Assembly (NCBI GenBank): GCA_965240325.2
Contig: OZ251231.1
Coordinates: 2,542,001 to 2,606,000 of the forward strand
Direction: 5' to 3'
Length of the DNA: 64,000 nucleotides
From: Rebecca billardiae RCC1528
Lineage: Eukaryota; Protista; Haptophyta
The position numbers were made by a program, and so were the translations under genes. This document shows positions 22,342-34,326 of this stretch, piece after piece. Below the pieces are notes generated by a model that was given only the letters and a program-made list of their open reading frames with translations, was not told where the DNA came from and did no database searches. Within the stretch, counting starts at the first letter, position 1, and each line of letters opens with the position of its first letter.

Positions 22342-23792
22342 TCGTCCTCGTCGTCCTCGTCATCGTAGTCCTCGTCTGAGTCCGAGTCCTCGGCCTCGCC
22401 TGCAGCAGCGCGGCGCGCGAGCACACGCACATGCACACGCGCGCGTGTTGGGGGGGGCAGGTGGCCGTGTCAGCTGGGAACGCGCCGCGCGCCGCGCGCG
22501 CCCGTCCGCGCGCGCGCGCGCTGCACCCGCCCCGCCCCGCGCGCACCCGTGTACCACTGCACCGCGTTCGGTATGAGCTTGTCCTTGTACGCCTGCGCCA
22601 TCTCGTAGTCGCCCTCGAGCGCGTCCTGCAGCGCCTCCGCCTCCATCTCGTCCAGCTCCGCGTCGTCGTCGGGCACCTCGGGCGGGGAGAAGAAAGTGAA
22701 CCACGAGTCGAGCGGCTCGTTGACCGTGATCGTGCGCTCCTTCCCCTTCTTCTTCTGCTTCTTCGTCACGGTGCGCTTCGTCACGTCCTTGCCCGGCTTC
22801 CAGTGGATCTCGCAGCCGAGCACGTTGTCGAGCGTGTCCTCGTCCTCCTCGTCCATCACGTACGTCTTGCTCAGCGTGCCGTTCGAGAAGTACTCGTTGG
22901 GGGAGAACTCGAAGAGCAGCCGGAAGCCCTCGCGCCCGGGGTGCTCGGGCAGCTCGTTCGAGAGCGACACGTCGACGAGGTGCTTGAGGATCGGCGCGTC
23001 GGGCGGCATGATCTCGCGCTCGAGCATCCGGTGGTTCATCATCGCACTCAGCCAAAAGTGCGGGATGCCCGAGCCGCCCGCCGGGTCGCCCTCGACGGCG
23101 GTCGCGCCGGAGACGATGCCCTTGCGCTCGGCGGCGAGCGGCCCCGTGCGCGCCTGGTACTCGCGCTCGATCTCCTTCCGCTTGCGCTCGTACTCCGCCT
23201 TGGCCTCGTCCTGCTGCTGCTGCAGTGCCCGCAGCGCCTTGAGCCGCGCCTGCTCCGCCGCGCTCGTGCCGCCGCTCACGGTGAGCGCGCCGAGCTGCGC
23301 GCCCACGCCGGCGGTGCCGCCGCCGCCGCCACCGCCGCCCTTCGCGCCCTCGCCCTTCGCGCCGCGCGCCGCGTTGCGCCGCGGCTTGCCCTCGTCGTCG
23401 TCGTCCGCGTCGGCGGGCGGCGCGCCGACGTCAAAGTTGAACTTGAAGTTGGTCGGCGCGCCCGCGCCCGCGGCGAAGAGGTTGGCGGTGTCGCCGGCCG
23501 GGGTGAAGCTGAACTGCGCGTTGGAGCCGGCCGCCGCGCTGCCCGCCGGCTTGGGTTGCGGCGCGCCGCCGCCCGCCGTGCCCGGCTCGCTCGGCGCGGC
23601 GGACGCGCCGGTCGCCTGCTGGAACGCCTTGGCGATCGTGACGACCTGGTCCTTGGTGAGCTTCTCCCACGGCTTGGCGCTGCCGATGCGGTGTTGCTCG
23701 ACGAACTCGGGCGGGGCGACGGCCTGCATGTGCTGTATCAGCTGCTTCTTGCTATACCCATCGAGCTGCGCGTCGGTCGCGGGGGTGCTCAT
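21997..23792 (-). CDS. NAP1: Nucleosome assembly protein 1 family histone chaperone with N-terminal BTHB-like extension; exons 23792-22547, 22399-22220, 22079-21997
   Basis: GIPHFWL, FEFSPNEYFSN..LSKTY, GCEIHWKPGKDVT, DSWFTFFSPP, LIPNAVQWYTGEA, acidic tail and C-terminal CKQQ. Two GT-AG introns. Confidence 0.93.
22254..22365 (-). repeat. (GAC)n trinucleotide tract encoding the poly-Asp tail of NAP1
   Basis: Long GTC repeat on the + strand, in frame within NAP1 exon 2. Confidence 0.9.
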
Positions 23793-23937
23793 GGCTGCCT
23801 CGGCGCGGCCTGACGCGTGCCCAGTCGGTCCTGTTTTGGCGCGTGAGCGTCGCGCGCGCCGGCGCGCGCTGGCTCCCTGGCCGGCCGCTTTCGTGAGTTG
23901 GGGAGAGTGACGGCCGCCGACGGACGCGCGCGTGACG

Positions 23938-24759
23938 ATGGACGCGGCACAAACGCCGTCGAGCGGAGAGTGGGTCGCCGTGGGCATCGGTGGCGCGGTG
24001 TTGGCGGCCCTGGGCATGCTACGCTTCGTCCCGAGCGTGCGTCACCTCGTCTTCGCGCGCCTGTGGTCGGATGGGGGCGCCTCGGCGCGGATGGACGAGG
24101 CGACGCGCGAGGCGAAGCGCGAGCTCCTCTCGCACCCGCCTCTCTTTGGGCGCGTGCTCGACCTCGGGACGGGGGACGGGCACAACATCAAGTACCTGTG
24201 CGGCGTGGCGGCCCCCGATGTGCGCGAGCTCGTGTGCGTCGAGCCCAATCGCTACCTGCAGGAGCGGCTGCGCACGGCAGCGGCGGCGGCGCAAGAGGAG
24301 GCCGCAGACGCTGGGATCGAGCTGCGGGTGAGCGTGTTCGAGGGGACGCTCGAGGAGTACGAGGCGCACGCGGGCAAGGACGGCGTCGGCTCGTTCGATA
24401 CGATCACGTGCCTGCTCGTCCTCTGCTCCGTGCCCGACGTCCGCGAGGCGCTCGCCTCGTGCGCGCGCCTGCTCCGGCGCGCCGAGCGCTCGCGTCTGCT
24501 GTACCTCGAGCACGTGTGCGCGCTCTCCCTGCCCGCGCGCACGCTGCAGCGCGCGGTGCAGCCCGCGTGGGACTTTGTGGGCGACGGCTGCCAGCTGTGC
24601 CGCGATACCCTCGGCGAGATGGCGCGCGTCGGAGCCTCGACTGGCGCGTGGGAGGTGACGACGTGCAAGCGCGAGCTGCGCTTTGTCGGCGGGCTGGTGC
24701 CGGTCGTGCACGGCAGCTGCACGTGCCCCGGGCCCAGCCCGGCCGGCCGCCGCGCGTGA
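23938..24759 (+). CDS. Class I SAM-dependent methyltransferase, METTL7/TMT1-like, with N-terminal membrane anchor
   Basis: VLDLGTGDGHN motif I, CVEPN, FDTITCLLVLCSVPD, LYLEHV, GDGCQL. Intronless. Confidence 0.88.
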   Translation: MDAAQTPSSGEWVAVGIGGAVLAALGMLRFVPSVRHLVFARLWSDGGASARMDEATREAKRELLSHPPLFGRVLDLGTGDGHNIKYLCGVAAPDVRELVCVEPNRYLQERLRTAAAAAQEEAADAGIELRVSVFEGTLEEYEAHAGKDGVGSFDTITCLLVLCSVPDVREALASCARLLRRAERSRLLYLEHVCALSLPARTLQRAVQPAWDFVGDGCQLCRDTLGEMARVGASTGAWEVTTCKRELRFVGGLVPVVHGSCTCPGPSPAGRRA

Positions 24760-24947
24760 TGCCTCGCCATCGATTACTATTATATTCAAAAAAATCAACG
24801 TAGTTGACCGTTGCAACCTTGCGACGCTGATGAGGACCGAACTATGCTGGCTACGTCGTAAGAGTCCGTGTACTAATATTGATAAGCTACAGCGCTGCCA
24901 GTGGCAGTGCCACTGCCACGTGCCAGCGGCACTGCGGCCGCTGGCCG

Positions 24948-26712
24948 TCATGACGCGCCCGGGACGTCTGCAGACTCTGCTGCAGCACCGCTCGACCTCG
25001 AGTGTTGAGCCGAGGCGGCTGATGCCGGCGTCGCCCCTGCCGCACCGCTGCTGCGAGGCGCATCCGTGGCCGCGCCCTCTCTGCTGAGCCTGAGCGTCGC
25101 AGTCGATTCGGTTACTCTCCGCGACGAGATGCCACCTGGGCTCCCATCGCCCTGCGCCGCGGCCGGTGCCGGCAGCTGTGGCGCTTGTGAGAGTGGCGGC
25201 AGCCTGCGCGGCCCTAGTGGCGAGGGCGGCGAGATGCCCTGCGCCGCACACAGCCGCTCCAGCATCGACTCCAGCCGGTCCATCCGCGCCGACAGCTGCG
25301 CGGCGCGCGGGCGGCGCGATGGCACGCGCCGCGCGGGAACGTGAGGCACGCAGCGTGTGCGCGCGGCAGCCGTCAGCGGCGGCGGCGGCGCGCGCGCACC
25401 GTGGCGTCCCGCTCCTCGGCCCTGTCCAGGCTCTTGAGCAGGTCCTGCGTGGTGGGCGGCCGCGTCTGCTCGTACGAGAGCGCGATCGAGGTGACGAGCC
25501 GCTTGAACTCCTCGCGGTTGAGGTAGCCTGCGCGGCGGTGGCGCGGGGGCGGCGTGAGCGCGGCGTCGGCGCGGCCGGCTGCCTGTGCGCGCTCGCTCGC
25601 GCGCGCGCGCGCGCTCACCCTTGCCGTCGAGGTCAAAGCGGATCATGAGCTGCGCGGCCGTCTGCTTGTACTCGTCAGAGATCAGCCCCTGCTGCCGCTT
25701 CGAGTACAGGAAGAAGCGCAGCTCGTCCTCGGTGACAGAGCCGGAGCCGTCGGTGTCGGCGGACTGGTACATGTCGAGCTCCTCCTCGTACATGTCCATC
25801 ACCTTGGTGAAGTTGGAGCCGAGCACCGTGACAGGCAGCGCGATCGTGAGCAGGCCGAGGCACATGGTGAAGGTGGCGACAATCTTGCCGGGCGCGGTCG
25901 CCGGCACCGCGTCGCCGTACCCGACGGTGGTCATCGTGACGATCGACCACCACATGCAGTCGGGGATGGAGGCGAAGAGGTCGGGCCGCGCCTGCATCGG
26001 GTGCGGCGGGTCCTGGTTCTCGAACATGTACATGAGCGAGGAGGAGAGGATGATGAGGATGCACATGAAGAAGATCAGGATCGTGAACGACGTCATCGAC
26101 ATCTTGATGGCCGCGAGGAAGATCTTGAAGCCAAAGGTGAGCTTGCCCACCTTGAAGATGCGGAAGACGCGGAAGAGGCGGAGCACGCGCACCCACGACA
26201 GGTTGATGTTCGCCTCGCCCTGCAGCACCGCCTGGATGAACATCTCCACCCTGCGCGGCGCCGCGGCACGCGCGCGATGCGCGCGAGGGCGCGGGAGGCG
26301 GCTCGTGAGCGCCGCGTGGCGCGCACGGCGTGCTCGCGCGAGGCGCACACCAGAAGGGGACGATGGCGACGAGGTCGATCACGCTGAGCGGCTGCTTCGC
26401 GAACTTGTACGGCGACGGCGCGAATATGACCTTCACCGTGTACTCGACGGTGAAGATGATGACCGCCACCACCTCGATCGTCCAGAACGCCTCGTGCGCC
26501 ACCGGGTCTTCGATGTACGTGTCGAGGATGTAGGTGAGGGTGGAGATGAAAATGGCGACCATCACGAAGAGGGTGAGCCGCGCGTCATTGTCGAGGAAGT
26601 ACCACACCTTCTCCTTGAACGTGTTCGGCACATGCGATGGTCGTCGCGGTGAACCGCTGAGCTGACCGAGCGTTCTTTCCGGCGACGAGGCAGGCATCAC
26701 CGCTGCGCTCAT
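24948..26712 (-). CDS. Voltage-gated potassium channel (6TM) with two C-terminal EF-hands; exons 26712-26351, 26250-25619, 25527-25400, 25295-24948
   Basis: S4 VRVLRLFRVFRIFKVGK; pore WWSIVTMTTVGYGD; S6 ALPVTVL; EF loops DTDGSGSVTEDE and DLDGKGYLNREE. Three GT-AG introns. Confidence 0.92.
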
Positions 26713-27000
26713 GCCCGCCGCGCTGGCGCTGGACCGAGGCGGGCGAGCTCAGGTCGTTCCGACCCCCGAGGGTCTGGCGCGCGGGCTCACGCCCCTGCCT
26801 TCGGCGTCGCACGGGGCCCACCCGATGCGTCCACCGACAGGCTCGAGCAATGGCCGCCCCCCAAGCGAAGTCGCAACACCTTTGCAACAGCATGCCGTGG
26901 GCCAGCGCTGGGTTCGTTACGGACCGTTCGCGATAGGTAAGCTACTGAGAGCAATAGCTTCTGAGCGGCGCGGCTTATCACGGCGGCTCACGCCGACTAC

Positions 27001-27008
27001 TATAAAAA
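27001..27008 (+). promoter_or_regulatory. Possible TATA box in the divergent Kv/kinesin intergenic region
   Basis: TATAAAAA about 200 bp upstream of the kinesin ATG, in an AT-richer spacer. Confidence 0.35.
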
Positions 27009-27201
27009 ACGTCGCTTGACGCTTGGAGCTCGGTTTATTATCATAGGCCCTTTGATCATAGGCCGGTCGCTCGGCGAGCCATACTTTATTTGGTTTGCAA
27101 AAGTACGTTGGTGACAATGGTTTGGCAAAAGTTTGGCGGATTTTTGAAAAGTGGCGCCCGCCCGCTGAGCAAGCGTGCACACGCGAGCGCGCGCCGCGGC
27201 G

Positions 27202-30200
27202 ATGTTTGGCAACCTCTTCGGCCGGGGGAAGCCGCCGCCATCGGGCGGCGGCGACGAGTCGGGCGGGGCGAGGGTGGAAGGCGGCGCGCTGCCGCGCCGC
27301 AACTCCGCGGCGAGCGCGCGCCTCTCGGCGCAGGGCTCGGCGGAGGGCTTGGACGGCGGCGGCGGCGGCGGCGGGCGCGTGCCCGAGCTGGGCGAGATCG
27401 ACGACCTGCTGCCGTTCGTCGAGGCGCGGATGGGCGAGATCCGCGAGCGCGAGAATAGCAAGTACTTCGCCAACGGCAACATCTTCGCCGGCGTCGAGGC
27501 GTGGGAGGGCAACCGCGTGCGCGTCGCGGTGCGCGTGCGGCCGCCCGTCGGGCGCGAGGAGGAGGCGGACGCGCACACGCCCGCGGTGGTGGCGGAGCCC
27601 GAGGTCGCGACGGTGGCGGTGAACGAGGCGGCGATCGGCCGCTTCGACCAGCCGCGCCTCGGCTTCGACGCCGTCTTCGGCCCGCACGCCACGCAGGAGG
27701 ACGTGTACCGCTCGCTGTGCGCGCCGCTGCTGCGCGACGTGATGCTCGGCCGCAACGGCACGCTGATGTGCTACGGGCAGACGGGCACGGGCAAGTCGTA
27801 CACGATGGGCACCGACGTGTCCAAGTCGGCGGTCCGCGACGCCGGCGCGGGCGAGCCCGAGGGCCCGCTCGTCGGCCTGCTCCCGCGCGCGATCCGCCAG
27901 CTGTTTGCGGAGGCGGCCAAGGACGAGGGCGCCGAGTACGAGGTGGGGCTGTCGTACGTGCAGCTGTACCGCGAGAAGTTCCAGGACCTGCTCAACCCGT
28001 CGGAGGCGGCGCTGCAGCTGCACGACGCGCAGGGCTCGGTCTTCATCGAGAACCTCACCGAGCACCGCGTCACCTCCGCCGAGCACGCGCTGCGGCTCGT
28101 GCGGCGCGGCGGCGAGTTCCTGCGGACGGGCGGCACGCGGATGAACGCGACCAGCTCGCGCGCGCACGTGATCCTGATCGTCACGGTGCGCCGCGCGCTG
28201 AGGGGCGGCGGCGGCGGCGGGGCCGGCGGCGCCGCGGCTGCCGCCGCGCTCCCCGCCGAGCCCGAGACGCTCGAGGGCATCGACGCGTACCTGCGCGGCG
28301 CGCAGGCGACCAGCGGCCGTCTGCTGCTGCTCGACCTGGCCGGCTCGGAGCGGCTCAAGAAGTCGGGCGCGGACGCGGACGGCGCGCTGGGGAGCGAGGC
28401 GCGCGCGACGAACCTGTCGCTGCTCGCGCTGGGCAACGTCGTGCAGACCCTCGCGGCGAACGCCGAGCTCGGCTCCGCCTCCGCCGACCCCTCCGCCGCC
28501 GGCGGCACCGCGCGGCGCCACGTCCCGTATCGAGACTCGAGGCTCACGCAGCTGCTGCGCGACAGCTTCGGCGGCGAGTGCAAGACGACGCTGTGCGTGT
28601 GCGTCGGGCCGGCGCGCGCGCACGCGGGCGAGACGCTGTCCTCGCTCAACTTCGCGCGGCGCGCGATGAGCATCCAGGCCGTGCCCGCCGAGCACCTCGA
28701 GCTGCAGCTCGACTACAAGCTGCTGGCAGCCAAGCAGCAGCGCGTGCTGGACGCGCTGGCCACGCGCATCTCGCGCGTGCAGGAGTACGCGCAGGCGCAC
28801 GCGCACATGGGCAGCGTGGGGCGGATGGTGGCGGAGGCGCGGCGCGGGGGGTCGGCCGAGGCGCGCGGCGCGGGCGCCGACGACGCCGCCCCGCCGCCCT
28901 CGCCCGCCGCCACCGTCTCCGAGCTCGGGCGGCTGCTTGCCGAGCTGGCCGACCTGAGGCACGCCCTCACCGAGCTGGGCGAGGGCGCTGCCGGCGGCGA
29001 GGGCGGCGGCGAGGGCGGCGCGCTGTGGGCGGCGGAGGGAGGGGCGGCGGAGCAGGGCGGCGCGGGGCGCGCGGCGGAGCCGCGCCGCGCCGCGCCGCCC
29101 GCGCGCGCGCGCCGCCCAGGCTCGGGCCGCGCCGCGCACGCCGCCGCAGACGGCTCGGCGCCGCCCGCGGCCGGCGGCGGCGGCGGCGGCGCCGACGGCG
29201 GCGGCTCGGCGCTGCCGGCCGCGCTGCGCGGCTTGCGCGCCGAGCTGGGCAGCACGCGCGCGCTGCTCGCCGAGTGGACGGGCGCGCGCACGCAGGAGGA
29301 GGCCCTCGAGCAGATGCGCGCCGACCGCGACGAGCTACTTGCGCTCAGGGCCGCCGCCGCCGCGCTCGAGGGCGGCGGCGCCACCGAGCTGCGGCGCGGC
29401 GCCGCCGTCGCGGCCGTGCGCTCGGTGGCCGAGGCGGCGCGCGCGGGCGCGGAGGCGGTGGGCGCGCTGCCCGGCGCGTCGGTGGCGAGCGTGATCCGCA
29501 CGCTGACGGCGGAGCGCGCCGAGCTCGCCGCCGAGCGCGCGCGCGTACGCTTTGCCGCCGCGAGCGCGCGCGCGATCGCGCGCGCCTCCGCCGAGCTGGA
29601 GCACGCCACGCGGCCGCAGCAGCACGGCGCGCTCACGGCGGGCGCGGGCGCGGGCGCGGCCGCCGAGGCCGGCGGCGCCGGGCCGCTGGCGGCGGCGCGC
29701 GACGGGGCAGGCGGCGGCGGCGAGGGCGGCGCGGGCGCGGCGGCGCCCAAGGTGCCCGCGCTCGCGGGCGTGCCGAGCGCGCGCGGCGGCGCGCGCCCCG
29801 CGAGCGCCGCCAGCGGCGGCGGCGGCGGCGGCGGCGCGGGGCTGCGCGGCGCGGGCGCGGCGGCGCGCGGGCGCGCGCCCTCGCCCTCGCGCGCGCGCGC
29901 CGGCAGCCTCGGCGCCTGCGGCGCGGCGGCGCGGCCGGCGGCGGGGAGCGCGCGCGGCGCGGGCGGCACCGAGCGCAAGCCGTCGCCGGCGCGGCGCGCG
30001 CCGCCCTCGTCTCAGGTGCTCGCGCGGCTCACCGCGGGCCAGCCCACGCGCCCGGCCGACGCGGGCGCGGACGCGGACGCGCCGCCGGCGCGCGCCGCCG
30101 AGCCCGCCGCCGCGCCGCCGCCGCCGCCGCCGCCGGGCCCGCCGCCGCTGACGCCGGAGCAGCAGGCGCAGCTGCTCGAGCTCGCGAGCGCGCGCTCGCT

Positions 30201-32008
30201 CGCCGCGGCGCGCGCGACGCCCGCCCCCTCCGAGGGCAGCGCCATGCGCGCCGCGGAGGTCGAGGTGTACAAGGCGATGGCTCCGCGGCTGCTGCACATG
30301 GCACCGGCCGCGGCCGCGGCCGCGCTGCGAGCGCTGCACCCGCGCGGCGGCGGCCGCGGCGGCGACGGCGGCGGCGCGGACGAGGCGGAGCACGCGCCGG
30401 AGCAGCCGCAGCTCGAAGGCGCGCGGCCGGCGCGCGCGCTGGACAGTGCGTGGCGGCTGGGCGAGACCGTCGCGCGCGCGCCCTCCCACGCCGTGCGGCT
30501 GGTCTCCAGCGTGGACGACGAGGACGAGCTGTGCGTGTGCCATTGCTTCGAGCACGGCGTGGCGCCCGAGCTGGCGAGGTGCGGCGCGCGCGCTGCGGGG
30601 ATGGCGGCGGTGGCGGTGGTGGTGGGTGCTGGCGCGCGCTGCGGGGATGGTGGCGGTGGCGGTAGTGGTGGGTGCTGGCGGGCGCTGCGGGGATGGCGGC
30701 GGTGGCGGTGGTGGTGGGTGCTGGCGCGCGCTGCGGGGAGCGCGGGCGCGCGCGCGCGGGTGGGCGCGCGGCGTGGCTCACGCGCGCCGCGCCCCGTGCC
30801 CTCCGCCGCGCCAGCGCCGTCCTCGAGCTGCGCGCGCGTGTCGACGCGCTGATCGCCGCCCGCCCCCTCGGGCTCGTGCGCGCACACGGCTGGCAAGCGC
30901 GCGCGCGCGCGCGCGCACGCGTGCGCGCCTGCGCGGGTGCGCGTCGCGGGCGCGCGTCGCGGGCGCGCCGCTTACCCGCCGCGCCGCGCATGCGTTCTCT
31001 CGCCGCGCCCCGCGCGCGGCGCAGGTACGTCTCCGACGCGTGGGTGCGCGGGGCGCGCGTCGAAACCACGCACGTCGTCGTCGAGAGGCTGGGCGGCGGC
31101 TCGCTCGCGTCCGCGGTGACGCACGCGCCGTGTGAGGAACACACACAGCCGCGCGCGCTGGCGTGGGTGCGCGCGCCGTTCGAGGCGCTGGCGACGCTGC
31201 ACGCGCACGGGCTGCGCCTGCCCGCCGCGACGCCCTTCGACCTCCGCCTGCCGCACGCGGACGCGCTCTCCGCGCGGCTGAGCAACCTCGGCTGGTCGCT
31301 GTGCGGCCACTCGCCCCCGCCCCCCTCCCTGTCCGACCTGGTGCGGCCGGCGTTCGTGCCCCACGCGGCCGCGGGACTGGACGCGGAGGAGGCGGGCGAG
31401 TACGGCACGCTGAGCGCGGCCGCGCTGGCGTACAACATGGGCGCGGTGCTGCACTGCCTGCTCCTCGGCCAGCCGCCCTCCTCGCAGTCCGTCGGCGCGC
31501 TGCGCATGTTTTACGAGTCGGGCGAGCTCGCAGACCCGGCTGTGAACGATGCGACCGGCGCGCGCGGCCGACGGCGCTCGTCGACAGAGGCGGGGCTGGA
31601 GCGCGTGGGCGCGGACGAGATCGAGGTGCTCTCGCCCTCGGTCGTGCACCTGCTGCTCGTCGCGCTCGAGCCGGCGGAGGCGGAGCGCGCAAAGCCGCAG
31701 GTGCGAGCGCGCGCGCGCGCAGCGACGCCGCCGCTCGCCGCGCGCCGCCGCGGCGTCGCTCACGCGCGCGCCCGCGGCCCCATCGGCGCGTGCGCTGCGC
31801 CGCCGTGCGCGCCCGCGTGCAGGAGCTGCTCAACCACCCGGCGTGGGCAGAGGCGCTGCCGCCGCCGCACGCGCCCCTCACGGCGGCGCACAGGCTGCTC
31901 ACGCGGTACCACGCGGCCACGGTGGCGCGCGCGCTCGAGCAGGACCTCGCGCAGGCCGGCGGCGCGCTCGGCGCGCTCAGCGAGCGCTTCCTGCGCGCGT
32001 ACGACTGA
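27202..32008 (+). CDS. Kinesin motor protein with coiled-coil stalk and C-terminal degenerate kinase-like domain; exons 27202-30578, 30815-30892, 31025-31700, 31823-32008
   Basis: RVAVRVRP, P-loop GQTGTGKSYT, switch I NATSSRAH, switch II DLAGSE, HVPYRDSRLT. Downstream exons join in phase; one intron uses a GC donor. Confidence 0.85.
30585..30738 (+). repeat. ~46-bp G-rich tandem repeat (about 3 copies) in kinesin intron 1
   Basis: GCGCTGCGGGGATGGCGGCGGTGGCGGTGGTGGTGGGTGCTGGCGC-like unit repeated. Confidence 0.8.
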
Positions 32009-32305
32009 TGATGAGCTCAGAACGAACGCGCCCTCCACGCTTCAGCGCGAGACGACTGTGCGCGCGTTGTAGCCTACAGTGTCGTGTGCGGCCCCCTTGG
32101 TGCGGCAAGGCAAGGATTGGTCTGACATCCTTGCCATCATTCACATTGCCATCGCTCACGCTGTTGATCAGCCATCGTGCCGGCGAGCGCTTTTCCTCGT
32201 CAGCGCCGCGACGCGGCGGGCGCTGTTTTTTCTTTTTCCGCTGGTCGTCGGTTTGAGCGAGCAAGAAGCGCAGGCGGTCGTTTCGCGGCTTGGTGCTTTG
32301 CCGCC

Positions 32306-34326
32306 ATGTCGTCGTACGACTACTACGCGGTGCCGCAGGCGGAGGTGCCGTCGGTCGGGCCGCAGTTCCTGTACTCACGGCAGCAGCTCATGGGGTACAA
32401 GGGCTACCGCAGCGACACGCGCATCGGCAACTGGGCCGAGGACGAGTTCCGCCGCGACTCGGAGCTCGAGGCCTTCCAGAAGAAGCGCGCGAGCGGACAG
32501 CTGCTGCTCACCAAGCTGCACGCCAAGGTGGAGGCGGCGTGCACGCCGGCTGAGCTGTCCGCCATGCACGACGGCGGCGCGCTGCACTACGGCGATACGC
32601 TCTGCCTGCAGTCCATGCTCACGGGCACGGTGCTCGCCGCCAACACGGACGTGACCAAGCCGCTCGCGCAGCTCGCGTACCAGGTGAGCGGCACCGCGCT
32701 CACCGAGCCGGTGGGGCGCAACGCGCTGACGCTGTACCGGCTGCGCCGCGACGGCAGCGTCGACGAGTCCGAGGGCGGCCCCGTGCGCTACGGCGAGCCC
32801 GTGCTCCTCGCGCTCCGCTCGTACGGCGGCGCGCCGACGCTCTTCATCCAGACGCAGACGCTCGGCGTGCCGCACATCGGCAAGTCCCAGTACTCGAAGC
32901 GCGACGAGGTGACCGCCGTGACGATGGCGACGTCGTACTGCCTGTGGTGCGCGCGCGGCCGATCGCGCGCCCCTTCCCGCGCGCGCGCCCCGCCGCGTGC
33001 CCTGCCGCCGCGCCGCCGCCGCCGCCGCCGCGCACTCTGGCGCTCACTCTGCGCGCACGTATGTCCGCGCGCGCACGGCCACGCGCGCGCCGCGTGCGCA
33101 GGAAGTTCGTCCACCCCGAGCCGAACCGGCAGCTGCCGTCGGAGGGCACGCCCGTGCCCGCCGGGGAGCCCGTCGCGCTGCAGCACCTCAAGACCCACCT
33201 GCTGCTCTTCACCGACCTCGCCAAGCTGAAGAACATCTTCGGGATGGAGTCTGACGTGTTTGCGCACCTGCCGCGCAACACGACGCTGCACGACCGCGCG
33301 CTGCACGCGCTCAAGGTGACCGTGCACGCGCCCGACGGCGCGCAGTGGTTCCCGTGCGTGGCGGGCGCGCCGCTGAGGCCGCAGCTCGAGGTCTCGGGGC
33401 AGGCGGCCCTCAGCGCCACGTCGGTCGCGCCGGCGGGCGCGGCGGGCGGCGCGCAGACCCGCGCCGCGCCGCTCGGCGCCTCGGCTGGTCCCTCGAGCGG
33501 TGCGCCACAGCCGCAGCAGCAGCCCGCGGCCGAGCCCGCGGCCGCGGCCGCGGCGACGAAGCCGCTCGAGCCCGCGGCCACCGCCGACGACGACGGCTCG
33601 GCCGCCCCGCCGCCCGTCGAGTATCAGGCCGTCCTCTTCGGGCCGGGCGGCTCGATCCCCGGCTACATTGGCGGCCCCGCGGGCGGCGGTGCGCCCGCGG
33701 TGATCGTCGTGCAGGAGTGGTGGGGCGTGACGGAGGAGGTGCTCGGCCATGCCGCCCGGCTCGCGCAGGCCGGGTACCGCGTGCTCGTGCCCGACCTGTA
33801 CAAGGGCGTGCGCACGGCGGAGGTGGAGGAGGCGCACCACCTCGCCACCAACCTCGACTACCCCGGCGCCATCGCCGAGCTCGCCCACGCCGCGTCGACG
33901 CTGCGCGCGGAGGGCGCGCCGCGCGTTGGTGTGATGGGCTTCTGCATGGGCGGCGCGCTCGCGATGGGCGCGGCAGCGGCGTGCGCGGACATCGACGCGG
34001 CGGTGCTCTTCTACGGCGTCAACTTTGGCCTCTTCGACCCCGCCGCGTTCCGCAAGCCCGTGCAGGCGCACTTTGGCGCGCACGACACGATGGAGGGCCT
34101 GTCCGACCCGGAGACCGCGCGCGCACTCGCGCACAGCCTCGCGCACAACGAGCACGCGAGCGTGCACACGTACGGGCGCGTCGGCCACGCGTTCATGAAC
34201 GAGAGCCCCGCGCCGTTCGAGTCGTTCGAGGCGCGCAAGGCGCAGATGGGGATGCCGCCATACGACGAGGGCGAGGCGCGGCTCGCGTGGTCGCGCGTGT
34301 TCGACTTCTTCCGCGCGCACCTCTAG
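32306..34326 (+). CDS. CFAP161-like ciliary protein fused to a dienelactone hydrolase domain; exons 32306-32946, 33102-34326
   Basis: N-terminus YRSDTRIGNWAEDE...FQKKRASGQLL and EGTPVPAGEPVALQH (CFAP161-like). C-terminus IVVQEWWG, GFCMGG, HAFMN (DLH). One GT-AG intron. Confidence 0.8.
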
